From positions 1-22,649 of the forward strand of contig JBLIRP010000066.1 of NCBI GenBank assembly GCA_049472355.1: a DNA stretch of 22,649 nt, given 5' to 3'. Position numbers and translations under genes: made by a program. The stretch is from a bacterium. GTDB taxonomy: Bacteria > SZUA-182 > DTGQ01 > JAFGSM01. The notes under the pieces are model-generated. The model did not search any database, was not told where the DNA came from, and saw nothing but the letters and a program-made list of their open reading frames with translations. This document shows, one piece after another, positions 8,820 to 18,102 of the stretch; within the stretch, counting starts at the first letter, position 1; each line of letters starts with the position of its first letter.

Positions 8820-9461
8820 ATGACGGTACAGAAGGCGACGAATATCACATGGCATCATGGCGCAATCGCGAAACAGGACCGGGAGCGACTCCTGGGTCAG
8901 AAGGGCGTTGTCATATGGTTCACGGGATTGTCAGGCTCGGGCAAATCCACCTTGGCCCATGCCCTGGAGGAAAGGCTATTTGAATCCGGCCACCTCTCCT
9001 TCGTATTGGATGGTGACAATGTTCGTCATGGTCTGAATAGGAACCTCGGGTTTTCCCCCGAGGACCGGGAGGAAAACATTCGAAGGATCGGTGAGGTGGC
9101 CAAACTCTTTGCGGATGCAGGGGTGATTACCATGACCGCATTCATTTCACCCTACAGGGCTGACCGGGACAAGGCACGCGCACTGTTACCCCCTGGTGAA
9201 TTTATCGAGGTCTTTGTCAAGATACCGATTGAGGTCGCAGAGGAGAGGGACCCCAAGGGGTTGTATAAAAAGGCCAGGGCAGGGGAGATCAAGGAGTTCA
9301 CCGGCATTTCCGCACCGTACGAGGAGCCGCTGCATGCGGAATTGGTGATCGATACCAGCCGGTTGGATCTTGGTCGAAGCACGGAAGAGATCATGTCCTA
9401 TCTCAAGGCACAGGGTATTGTCGGCGCCGGCCGAGGGAACCCTCGTCAATGCAATAAATGA
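8820..9461 (+). CDS. cysC: Adenylyl-sulfate (APS) kinase
   Basis: [19 protein letters not shown]-loop, [65 protein letters not shown] upstream. Confidence 0.97.
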   Translation: MTVQKATNITWHHGAIAKQDRERLLGQKGVVIWFTGLSGSGKSTLAHALEERLFESGHLSFVLDGDNVRHGLNRNLGFSPEDREENIRRIGEVAKLFADAGVITMTAFISPYRADRDKARALLPPGEFIEVFVKIPIEVAEERDPKGLYKKARAGEIKEFTGISAPYEEPLHAELVIDTSRLDLGRSTEEIMSYLKAQGIVGAGRGNPRQCNK

Positions 9462-9463
9462 TG

Positions 9464-9839
9464 CATCATTACATTTTCATCCAAAAGCTGCGTATCCGAG
9501 GCGCGGGGAATGATTCGGCCCCTTGGCCCAGATTCGGCAATCCGACAGACTGTTTTTTACCGCATCTATTCCCAACTGATAGGGATTTGGATCACACAAA
9601 GGACAATGATCTCCATGGAAATGACTGAAAATGACATCACTGGCGCCTTGTAATGCCTCGATAATCCTCTCTCAGACTACCGCTCCCCTTGCGACCTGAA
9701 ACGGATGGGACAAACACCCGTAACGAGACCAGCCTAAGGCGATGCCGGGGTCGATGAGGATTGTCCGATCCTTCAATTTCACCGAACTGGAAAGGCCGCG
9801 AACTCCTAAGGACTCGGCGCCAAGGATTGTTATGATCAT
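9464..9839 (-). pseudogene. Metallo-beta-lactamase-fold hydrolase (UPF0282-like) pseudogene
   Basis: AAGGAG RBS and ATG at 9839: MIITILGAESLGVRG...ILIDPGIALG...HPFQVA. After an in-frame TGA (9674-9672) the same frame continues ERIIEALQGASDVIFSHFHGDHCPL.DPNPYQL, with the HxHxDH motif, and stops at 9479-9477. It is far shorter than a full MBL fold. Confidence 0.8.
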
Positions 9840-9857
9840 ATCTTCTCCTTCCACCTT

Positions 9858-9992
9858 TGATGGCCTCGTAAAAAGTTGTCAAATTCGTCACTCCGGCGAA
9901 GGCCGGAGTCCAGAAGTATTTGAAAAAGCTGGATTCCGTGTCAAGCACGCAATGACAGAGTAGGGTAACATCGACCTTTTACGATTCCATCA
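9858..9992. mobile_element. Short non-autonomous element (MITE/REPIN-like) containing an inverted pair of REP-like palindromes
   Basis: Terminal inverted repeats TGATGGCCTCGTAAAAAGTT and GACCTTTTACGATTCCATCA (16/20 match). Internal GTCACTCCGGCGAAGGCCGGAGTCCAG (9887-9913) and inverted CTGGATTCCGTGTCAAGCACGCAATGAC (9929-9956). Confidence 0.75.
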
Positions 9993-10253
9993 CCCTTGTT
10001 TGGTATCATACAGGCTGAGAGAATGATGTGTTGTGCCCGGGTATCGAACCTTCACGGTGTTGATCAGAGGCATTGACACCATGCAAACGATCGATTCAGA
10101 TTCTATGAACATGAGAAGTGCTTGTCAAACGAGGGAATCGTTCTCATCCCGGCCTTTTTAAGGCCCTGCCCGAATACTATCCCAGTTGCTCCATGCCTGT
10201 TCCATGCGGATTGTATGGAGGGGCGTTGAAAAAGGAATAGCGTGCCGATTATT

Positions 10254-10305
10254 AATCATATGATTTAAACAAACGTTTGAAAAAAACAAACGATCGTATT
10301 ATAAT
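10254..10305 (+). promoter_or_regulatory. Sigma70 promoter of the tetR-efflux operon with overlapping palindromic operator candidates
   Basis: TTGAAA (10277-10282), 17-nt spacer, TATAAT (10300-10305). Palindromes AATCATATGATT (10254-10265), CAAACGTTTG (10270-10279) and ACGATCGT (10290-10297). Confidence 0.7.
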
Positions 10306-10370
10306 TCCGGGTGTCAATGGAAAGGGCACAGCGTTCACTATCATGTACAGGATTTGAGGAGAAATAGACA

Positions 10371-11015
10371 ATGTACAAAGAACCCGGAGGAACCAAATTG
10401 GCGCTTATCATGGCCGCAGGGGAGCTCTTTGCCGAATCGGGGATTGAGGGCCAGGGTGTCCGCACCATTGCGGAGAAGGCCGGTGTGAATATCGCCGCCA
10501 TCAATTACCACTTCGGCAGCAAGGAGAACCTTTACGTGGAGACCTTCCGCTATGTGATCTCCCATGAGAAGGATGTTCATGCAGCGGATTTCTTCAAGGA
10601 GGCAGGGGAGGATATCAGCCCCTATAAGGCCTCGGTGCTTCTCTATCGCTATGTGACGGAAAAATTCAATGCCCATTTTTCCAAGAAACAACCCCGATGG
10701 TTCAATATGCTGGTGATGCGGGCACTGCTTGATCCCTCACCATCCCTGCAATCCCTGGTTGAAGAGGTCTTTCGCCCGGAAATGGAGGCCTTTGTTTCCT
10801 TCATACAGAAGGCCGATCCCACAATAGGCCCGGAAGACGCCGTTTTGCTGTATTTTTTTCTCACCGGGCAAATATTCTTCTATTCCTTGTCCCGTGTCCC
10901 GATCCTGATGACCCTGAACAGGGAGGATTACGACAAGGCATTCATCGACAGGGCGGTGGATCAGATCGCCCGGGCCATGATTTCACGCACAGGCCTGCCC
11001 CAGCCAAAGGAGTAA
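10371..11015 (+). CDS. TetR/AcrR family regulator (YbiH/CecR-like, DUF1956-type C-terminus)
   Basis: AAGELFAESG...VRTIAEKAGVNIAAINYHFGSKENLY helix-turn-helix. GAGGAG RBS. Heads the efflux operon. Confidence 0.93.
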   Translation: MYKEPGGTKLALIMAAGELFAESGIEGQGVRTIAEKAGVNIAAINYHFGSKENLYVETFRYVISHEKDVHAADFFKEAGEDISPYKASVLLYRYVTEKFNAHFSKKQPRWFNMLVMRALLDPSPSLQSLVEEVFRPEMEAFVSFIQKADPTIGPEDAVLLYFFLTGQIFFYSLSRVPILMTLNREDYDKAFIDRAVDQIARAMISRTGLPQPKE

Positions 11016-11018
11016 TCC

Positions 11019-12734
11019 ATGAAACGACACCATCCATCATGCCGCCTTACAGGTTCACTGAGCATGGAGATATGTCATAGGGGAATGTGCCGCAGTTGTA
11101 AAGACGAGGGGTTTTATTTTCGAAGCAAACCCTCATGGCCCTTCGGGCCGCCACGAAGCATGAAAATCTATTTTCGAGACAACGACGTCTCGAGATCACG
11201 GAAGGTCATCATTGCCGGTGTGTCCCTTTGTTGCGCCCTGCTGCTGATCCTCATGCAGGCCGGTTGCGCCAATATTGCCGGAGAAGTCAGGGAAAGGAAT
11301 GCGGATGTCTATCAAAAAAAATTGATGGAGCTGACCCGACAGGAATTACCGGAAGACCACGGTTTGTCCCTCGATGATTGCATCCGGATCGCCCTCCGAA
11401 ATAACCTTCAGGGCCGGACCGCCGAGATCCGGGCAAGGGTCAGAAAGCTGGAGCGAAGGATCGCCTTCGCCCATTTTCTCCCTACCCTCCAATTAAAGGG
11501 GGATTACACCGCATGGGACCACCAGCCCAAGATCAGGGTGAGTGAAGGTGTCTATCATGCCATGCACGATACGCAGATCAGCACATTCGCCATGGAGGCA
11601 CAGATGCCCGTATTCGCACCGGCCACATGGTATCTGTACGCCATGCACAAACGGGGTGAAGAAATAGGGGGGCTTTTACTGGAATACACCCGTCAGATGA
11701 TCACCCTGCAGGTGACCGCGCTCTACTACCAATGCCTGGCACTCCAGGAGACCGAAGATGCCCTGAAAAGCCGGGTGGCTGCTGCCGAGGCCCTGCAGGA
11801 GCAGATGAATGCCTATAACCACGAGGGCATGGTGAGTGAATGGCAGGTTAAGCAGGTGGAGGCCCTGGTGCTGGCGAGGCGAATGGCACTGAACCATACC
11901 GGCCGCTCTATTCGTCAGGCCAAGGCCGATCTCCTGGGTGCCATGGGTCTCTCCCCCCTGGCCGATATCCGGCTTCTCGCAAAAACACCACTCAAGGCAC
12001 CGGACAACTCCCTTGGAGAGCTGGTGCTCCAGGCCCTTCTTCATAACCCGCAGATGCACATCGCGGATCGCGCTGTGGAGATCCAAAAGGACCAGGCACG
12101 GATCGCGATCACCAATTTTCTGCCCAGACTGGTGGGATTCGCCGGCTTCACCCATACCTCCGACTCCTTTGTCTTTGACCCTGATTACTGGATGAGCGGG
12201 CTCGCCGGTGTGCTCACCGTCTTCAACGGATTTGCCAATATACACGAATACAAGGCCGCCCGTGAAAGGGAACGGGAGGCCATGGTGCAAAGGGAGGAGG
12301 CATGTCTTGCCGTGATGCTTCAGGTGATAAAGGCCGATCTGAATTGTGAAAATGCACAGGAGGCACTGGCATTGGCAGAGAAATCCCTGACCGTGGCCGA
12401 AGGCCGCCTGTCGGAGATCGAGGCGCAGTGCCAGGAGGGGATGGTGGATGCCTCCGAACGGCTCTCCGCGATCGCGGAGTTCGAGGCCGCTGCTACCGAT
12501 GTCACCAATATGCGTTTTCAGGAGCAGGTGTGCATCGCCACCCTGTGGAATGTTCTTGGAAAGAATCATGAGGATAACAGTGCTGATGACAATCAACCTC
12601 CCGTGGAGAAGGCCCCTATAGCAAGGCTGACCGAGACAAACGTACAAGGGGAGCAGGCTGTCCCTTTCGTTGATGGCCTTGCTGCTCACCAGGGGAATGC
12701 GGATAGGGCAAAGGAGATACGCAATGGAAAATAA
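11019..12734 (+). CDS. TolC/OprM family outer membrane efflux protein (probable lipoprotein; start uncertain)
   Basis: LSLDDCIRIALRNN, AHFLPTL, ALLHNP and TNFLPRL repeats of the OEP fold. Hydrophobic stretch ending in QAG|C. AAGGAG precedes ATG 11019; an alternative ATG lies at 11160. Confidence 0.88.
   Translation: MKRHHPSCRLTGSLSMEICHRGMCRSCKDEGFYFRSKPSWPFGPPRSMKIYFRDNDVSRSRKVIIAGVSLCCALLLILMQAGCANIAGEVRERNADVYQKKLMELTRQELPEDHGLSLDDCIRIALRNNLQGRTAEIRARVRKLERRIAFAHFLPTLQLKGDYTAWDHQPKIRVSEGVYHAMHDTQISTFAMEAQMPVFAPATWYLYAMHKRGEEIGGLLLEYTRQMITLQVTALYYQCLALQETEDALKSRVAAAEALQEQMNAYNHEGMVSEWQVKQVEALVLARRMALNHTGRSIRQAKADLLGAMGLSPLADIRLLAKTPLKAPDNSLGELVLQALLHNPQMHIADRAVEIQKDQARIAITNFLPRLVGFAGFTHTSDSFVFDPDYWMSGLAGVLTVFNGFANIHEYKAAREREREAMVQREEACLAVMLQVIKADLNCENAQEALALAEKSLTVAEGRLSEIEAQCQEGMVDASERLSAIAEFEAAATDVTNMRFQEQVCIATLWNVLGKNHEDNSADDNQPPVEKAPIARLTETNVQGEQAVPFVDGLAAHQGNADRAKEIRNGK
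11115..11182 (+). repeat. 54-bp repeat unit with direct-repeat ends inside the TolC ORF
   Basis: TATTTTCGAAGCAA (11115) and TATTTTCGAGACAA (11169) lie 54 bp apart around a GGCCC-TTC-GGGCC hairpin. The core resembles 419-460. Confidence 0.55.
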
Positions 12735-13926
12735 CCGGAGAATGATCCATGTATTCCTTGTGGTCATTATCGGGGTGATCGTATGGGCACTGTTTGTTCG
12801 CACCGGGAAAAGGGGCATGGCTGAACATGCCAGGGATACGGTGGCCGAGGAAGAACGCGTGCCCGTGGTGACCACGCCCGTTCGTATCCGGGAATTCGAT
12901 GAACGCCTGAGGGTTCAGGGCACCCTGGAGGCGAAATATTTCGCCGTGGTATCCGCACGGGTGCCGGGCACCATCGAACAGATCTTTGTGGATGAAGGCG
13001 ACCGGGTCGTCGCAGGGAAGACCCGTCTCTTTCAGATCGATGACCTGAAACTGAAACGAAATGTGGAAATGCAGGAGCAGGAGGTTGCCGTAACCCGCTA
13101 TGCCCGGATCGAGGCGGAGGCGAACCTGGATCGGTTCCAGGCGGATTTTGATAAGGCCCGGATCGACTACGAGCGATTCAAACGCCTTCTTCAGAAAAAG
13201 GCCATCACCGCTGAGGCCATGGAGAGCCAGGAATCAAGATACAAACAGACCGAGGCAATGCTCCGGTACACCCTGACGTCCGTGGATCTTGCCAAAGAAA
13301 AGGAAAAAAAGGCGGAGGCCGCCCTGGCCATTGCCCGAAAGGACCTCAGGGATGCCCTGGTCTATGCCCCCATTACCGGGAGGATCAGCCGGAAGCTCCG
13401 GGAGATCGGAGAGACGGCCCAGCCGGGCCAGCCCGTGCTCCGGATCGAGGACCCGGCGGTGATCGAGGTCTCCGCATATCTGCCTGCCGAGTATTACGAC
13501 CGGATCATCCCGGATCAAACCCCTATGTACTTAAAGGTCTATGACAGTGAATCGAGGGCCCGGGTGGTCACCCATAAAAGCCCGACCATCCATCCACAGC
13601 TTCGCACCTTCGAGGTCAAGTGCCTCATAAAGGATCCCCCTGAGAACTTCGTGCCGGGTGCCCTGGCCGAGATCGCCATCCTGCTCGAGATGCGGGATGG
13701 GCTGGGTGTGCCCTCGGATGCCCTGCAGATCCGCAGGGGCCGGTCCGTGGTGTTCATCGTTCAGGACCAAAACGCCCGCATGATCGAGGTACGCACCGGG
13801 CTGGAGACGGATGGCTGGACCGAGATCAGGGATTCGAAACTCACCGAAAATACCCCGGTGGTCACCATGGGCCAGTTTTTGCTGAATGACGGCACTGCGG
13901 TCAGGATTCAAAGGGGGGAAGGCTGA
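12724..13926 (+). CDS. RND efflux periplasmic adaptor (membrane fusion protein)
   Basis: AAGGAG RBS and ATG 12724. N-terminal TM segment, VSARVPGTIEQIFVDEGDRV, coiled coil, VYAPITGRI, VPSDAL and VRTGL motifs. Confidence 0.94.
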   Translation: MENNRRMIHVFLVVIIGVIVWALFVRTGKRGMAEHARDTVAEEERVPVVTTPVRIREFDERLRVQGTLEAKYFAVVSARVPGTIEQIFVDEGDRVVAGKTRLFQIDDLKLKRNVEMQEQEVAVTRYARIEAEANLDRFQADFDKARIDYERFKRLLQKKAITAEAMESQESRYKQTEAMLRYTLTSVDLAKEKEKKAEAALAIARKDLRDALVYAPITGRISRKLREIGETAQPGQPVLRIEDPAVIEVSAYLPAEYYDRIIPDQTPMYLKVYDSESRARVVTHKSPTIHPQLRTFEVKCLIKDPPENFVPGALAEIAILLEMRDGLGVPSDALQIRRGRSVVFIVQDQNARMIEVRTGLETDGWTEIRDSKLTENTPVVTMGQFLLNDGTAVRIQRGEG

Positions 13927-16900
13927 TGTCTCTATCCGATGCCTCCTTGAAACGGCCCATCGCCATGTCCTGCCTGATCATCGGACTGCTTCTCCTGGGG
14001 CTGAACGCATGGCGCAAGATCGGGCTCGAGTTGATGCCCAGGATGGATATGCCCTTCATCACCGTGGTCACGGTGTATCCCGGGGCCAGCCCTGAAGAGA
14101 TCGAGACGGATGTGGCCAAACGCATCGAGGATGCCGTGGTCACCATCGACGGCCTCAAACATGTGAGCTCCGCCTGCATGGAGAATGTATGTCAGACCCT
14201 GCTGGAATTTCAACTGGATGTGGACGTCGATATCGCAGCCACGGATGTGCGGGAGAAGCTTGATATCATCAGGGCGGACTTCCCCCAGGATGTGGAGGAC
14301 CCCACAATCCTCAAGTTCGACGTGAACGCCAAGCCCATCATCACCCTGGCCCTGACCGGCGATGTCCCGGTCGATGTACTGTACGACTATGCGGACAACA
14401 CCCTGCGGGACCGGATCACGGTGCTCTCCGGCGTAGCGGACGTCCAGTTGATCGGCGGTGCAAAACGCGAGGTCCATGTCGCCCTTGACCGGGACAAACT
14501 GGCCGCCAGGGGGCTTTCCAGCATGAATGTGGTCAGGGCCATCCAGGAGGGGGTCCGGCTCATACCTTCCGGCCGGGTGCGGCAATCCGGGAGCGAATAT
14601 GCCGTGAAATTCGACGCGGATTTCGACCGGATCGCGGATATCGGCGGGCTGGAGGTGGCGAATGAGGATGGCCGCAGAAGCTATATCCAGGATTTCGCAC
14701 GGGTGAGCATGTCCACGGAGGAGCTGCGGCAGAAGGCGGCAATCGACGGCCGCCCCTGCATCGCCATCAGGGTGGTCAAAAAGGCGGATGCCAATGCCGT
14801 GAAGGTGGTGGACAGGGTAAAGACTGCCATGACGAAATTACAGGACACACTCCCCGGGGGTATGGAACTGATCTGGGTCACGGATGACGGCACCTTCACC
14901 CAGGCCACCGTGAGAAGCGCCTGGAGGGACATCCTCCTGGGGATCCTGCTCACTGCCATGATCCTCTTTCTCTTTCTCTACAACATCCGCTCCACCATCG
15001 TGGTGGCCATCAGCATGCCGCTGACCATCCTGATCGGCCTCTTCTTCATGCAGGCACTCGGTTTCACCCTGAACATGCTGACCCTACTCTCAATAGGCAT
15101 GTCCGTGGGCATCCTGGTGACCAATTCCATCGTGGTGCTGGAGGCCATCGTCAAACGGCTCGACCGGACAGGGGACCCCAGGGAATCCGCCCGCCTGGGC
15201 GCGAGCGAGGTCGGCCTGGCAGTGGTGGCAAGCGCAGGCACCAACATGGTGGTCCTCTTCCCCATCGCCATGATGGGAGGCGTGGTGGGACTCTTTATCA
15301 AACCCTTTGCCCTCACCATGCTGATCATGACCCTGGTCTCCCTGTTCATCTCCTTTACCCTGACCCCCATCCTCTGTTCCCTGATACTCAAGCCGAAGGA
15401 GGAGGAATCCCTCTCTCTGCTGGCCAGGATGGAGGATGGCTGGAATGCCATGTTCGACTGGTTTTTGACCCGATACAAGACCCTGCTCATCTATTTCGAG
15501 AAACACCGGTGGGCTGCCATACTGCTCATCCTGGCCATCGGCGTGGCCCTGGTGCATTCCATGAGCCTGGCGAAAAAGATCGGCTCCAGCATGGTCAGTG
15601 AATCGGACCGGGGCGAGATCGCCGTGAAGCTGGAATTCCCCACCCGGTACGACCTTTCCCGGACCGAGACCCGCATGACGGAGGCGGTGGCCCTCATCAG
15701 GGATGTGCCTGAGCTCCGGCACATGCTCACCACCATCGGAAAGGTGGAGGGGGTGCTCGGGCAATCCTCGGAGGGGGTGTATCTGGCCCAGATCCTTTTG
15801 AAGTTCTCCGAAAGGGACCAGAGGGGACTGACCATCCATGATCTGCAGCATGAGATCCGGAAACGCCTGGCCGCATTTCCCGATGCCATCGTCACCGTGT
15901 CCATGCCGAGTGTGATGGGGGGCCAGATGTCGGAGGTGGAGATGGAGATCGCGGGTGAGGACCTGGCCACCCTGGACAGGCTGGCACTGAAAACAGAGGC
16001 ACTTGCCGGTGAGATCCCCGGTCTTCAGGACCAGGACACCACCGTACGCGCGGGCAAGCCGGAGATGCGCATCTATCCGGACCGGGCTGTGCTCTCGGAC
16101 CTGGGATACCCCGCCACAGGGCTGGGCATGACCCTTAGGGCCAACCTGGAGGGGATCGAGGCAGCCACCTTCAAACAGGGTGACCGCACCTATGACATCG
16201 TGGTCAAATTCAAGGAAGAAGAGGGGAAGGACCAGATCAAAAACTTCCTTTTCCCTGGGACGCCCGGTCACTCCCTGCATCTGACAAATCTGGGCAGGAT
16301 CGAGGAGGGCCTCTCCCCGGTGCAGATCACCCGAAAGGACAAGCGCCGGGTGGCGAAGTTCTTCTCCAACCTGGCGGGAAACAAGCCCCTGGGCAAGGCA
16401 GTGACCGCGATCAGCGCAGCCATCGACGAAAAGGCAGGCCTCCCCCCGGGTTACAATTACAGCTTTGCCGGGAAATACGAGGTCATGAAAGAGGGGCAGG
16501 GAAACCTGGGGGAGGCGGGCCTCATTGCAGTGATACTGGTCATCCTCACCCTCGCCGCGCTTCTCGAGTCCTTCAAACAGCCTGGCCTCATCCTGGTGAC
16601 CATCCCCCTGGCCCTGATCGGTATGCTCTGGGCGCTCTACCTCACCGGAAAAAGCCTGGAGATCTTCGTGATCATGAGCGCTGTAATGCTGATCGGGATC
16701 GTGGTGAACAACGCCATCCTGATAGTGGACCAGTTCAACATCCATGTCAGGGAGGGGGCGACCAGGCACAGGGCCATGATCAACGCCACGTGCGAGCGGT
16801 TCCGCCCCATTATCATGATCACCCTGGCAGCGGTTCTGGGCATGCTGCCGCTCGCCATGGGCAAGGGCATCGGCGCGGAGATGCGGAATGCCACGGGCAT

Positions 16901-17000
16901 CGCATCCGCGGGCGGCATCCTGGTGTCCGGCGTGCTGACCCTCATCGTGATCCCCATACTATATGACCTCTTCACGCGCAGGCAGGGGAATCACTCTTGA
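13926..17000 (+). CDS. RND efflux permease (AcrB/AcrD/AcrF family)
   Basis: 1024 aa. MSLSD.SLKRPI, YPGASPEEIE, VGILVTNSIVVLE, LIGIVVNNAILIVD and RFRPIIMITLAAVLGMLPLA motifs. The start overlaps the MFP stop (TGATG). Confidence 0.96.
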   Translation: MSLSDASLKRPIAMSCLIIGLLLLGLNAWRKIGLELMPRMDMPFITVVTVYPGASPEEIETDVAKRIEDAVVTIDGLKHVSSACMENVCQTLLEFQLDVDVDIAATDVREKLDIIRADFPQDVEDPTILKFDVNAKPIITLALTGDVPVDVLYDYADNTLRDRITVLSGVADVQLIGGAKREVHVALDRDKLAARGLSSMNVVRAIQEGVRLIPSGRVRQSGSEYAVKFDADFDRIADIGGLEVANEDGRRSYIQDFARVSMSTEELRQKAAIDGRPCIAIRVVKKADANAVKVVDRVKTAMTKLQDTLPGGMELIWVTDDGTFTQATVRSAWRDILLGILLTAMILFLFLYNIRSTIVVAISMPLTILIGLFFMQALGFTLNMLTLLSIGMSVGILVTNSIVVLEAIVKRLDRTGDPRESARLGASEVGLAVVASAGTNMVVLFPIAMMGGVVGLFIKPFALTMLIMTLVSLFISFTLTPILCSLILKPKEEESLSLLARMEDGWNAMFDWFLTRYKTLLIYFEKHRWAAILLILAIGVALVHSMSLAKKIGSSMVSESDRGEIAVKLEFPTRYDLSRTETRMTEAVALIRDVPELRHMLTTIGKVEGVLGQSSEGVYLAQILLKFSERDQRGLTIHDLQHEIRKRLAAFPDAIVTVSMPSVMGGQMSEVEMEIAGEDLATLDRLALKTEALAGEIPGLQDQDTTVRAGKPEMRIYPDRAVLSDLGYPATGLGMTLRANLEGIEAATFKQGDRTYDIVVKFKEEEGKDQIKNFLFPGTPGHSLHLTNLGRIEEGLSPVQITRKDKRRVAKFFSNLAGNKPLGKAVTAISAAIDEKAGLPPGYNYSFAGKYEVMKEGQGNLGEAGLIAVILVILTLAALLESFKQPGLILVTIPLALIGMLWALYLTGKSLEIFVIMSAVMLIGIVVNNAILIVDQFNIHVREGATRHRAMINATCERFRPIIMITLAAVLGMLPLAMGKGIGAEMRNATGIASAGGILVSGVLTLIVIPILYDLFTRRQGNHS

Positions 17001-17103
17001 TCCGGAAATGCTATGAATTCAGAGGCCTTGCCATCATTTTGGAAATGATAGACATGTAATGATAGACATTGAATTAGTTTCATTTTAAGTTTACTATATT
17101 ATT

Positions 17104-17355
17104 ATGATTAAATTGAATATTCGTCAAGCAAAGACCCATCTGTCCAAGTATCTTGAAAGATTGGCAAAAGGGGAGATTATTGTTTTATGTAAAAGGAACA
17201 TTCCCATTGCAGAGATACGTCCTATACCCGTCAATAAAAAGTTAAAACGACCCATTGGCCTGGCAAAAGGCCGGTTTCAGATCCCCCCTGAATTCTATGA
17301 ACCTCTGCCCCCGGAGATTGTGGCCTCATTTTATAACAGCTCCGAATCTGTATGA
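17104..17355 (+). CDS. Type II TA antitoxin, Phd/YefM family
   Basis: LNIRQAKTHLSKYLERLAKGEIIVLCKRNIPIAEI...RPIGLAKG.F..P.EFYEPLP. ATGA overlap with the PIN gene. Confidence 0.92.
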   Translation: MIKLNIRQAKTHLSKYLERLAKGEIIVLCKRNIPIAEIRPIPVNKKLKRPIGLAKGRFQIPPEFYEPLPPEIVASFYNSSESV

Positions 17356-17738
17356 AATTGCTCCTTGATACATGCCCATTCCTCTGGATTATTACAGAAG
17401 CCCCTGAGCTTTCCGGCCCCGCCCGCGATCTCTTTGTTGATCCGGAAAACGAGACATACCTTAGCGCTGTTTCTACATGGGAAATTGCCATCAAGCATCC
17501 ATTGGGAAGGCTCCCCCTTCCGGAACCACCTGAGAGATTTATCCCTTCCCAAAGAAAACTACATTATATTGCTGCACTTCCCCTTGAAGAAGACGCAGCA
17601 TTATATTTAGGCCGTCTTCCACAGCTTCATAATGACCCTTTTGACCGCATGTTGATCTGCCAAGCGATCATGTATGGGATGGTTATACTCACACCTGATG
17701 AACATGTGACCCGATATCCCGTTCGAACAATCTGGTAG
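17352..17738 (+). CDS. vapC: Type II TA toxin, PIN domain (VapC family)
   Basis: MKLLLDT..FLW, SAVSTWEIAIK, LPQLHNDPFDRMLICQA and ILTPD motifs. Confidence 0.93.
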   Translation: MKLLLDTCPFLWIITEAPELSGPARDLFVDPENETYLSAVSTWEIAIKHPLGRLPLPEPPERFIPSQRKLHYIAALPLEEDAALYLGRLPQLHNDPFDRMLICQAIMYGMVILTPDEHVTRYPVRTIW

Positions 17739-17789
17739 CAGGGGTAGATTTCTTCACCTGCCTGGGACCGGATACGGTGCGTTTTGATC

Positions 17790-18011
17790 TCAGGACGATT
17801 CTATTCCCTCAATCACCATCTCGAATCTTTTCTGTACGCAGGTACGCCGTCGACTGTTCTCAATCCGGGCGATGATCTGCCGGGCCTTCCTTGTGCTGAA
17901 TCCGCTTCCCAATTCCAGTTCCGGCAAGGTATGAAACAATTTGGATTTCGCAGGAGTGAAATAAAAAAAGTCAATGAGCGCCTTCTCGGGTGTCGCTATG
18001 GTTATCCTGCC
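17790..18011 (-). pseudogene. 3' remnant of an AbiEi-like (type IV TA antitoxin) gene
   Basis: Manual translation gives GRITIATPEKALIDFFYFTPAKSKLFHTLPELEL...RFEMVIEGIESS*. IATPEKALID is typical of AbiEi C-terminal domains. No N-terminal domain or convincing start; the frame is closed by a TAG just inside the 92-bp element. Confidence 0.6.
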
Positions 18012-18102
18012 CTTGTCAAAACTCTATCCGACTATAAAATGAACCTTGCCCAAGGTAATTTTTAGGAATTTCTGATTTCGATTTAAGCAATTAATCAATA
18101 AA
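18011..18102. repeat. 92-bp non-coding element, copy 1
   Basis: About 86% identical to 21860-21950 (12 mismatches and 1 gap by hand; 43/46 over the first half), same orientation. Confidence 0.9.

Noticed and set aside
9672..9674. Selenocysteine or stop read-through at the in-frame TGA
   Set aside because: The position is not a catalytic Cys site and is best explained as CGA>TGA. The gene is also truncated downstream, and TGA is a normal stop elsewhere in the window.
11676..16769. Long minus-strand ORFs 11676-12875 and 15090-16769
   Set aside because: Antisense to the TolC, MFP and RND genes, with no independent features.
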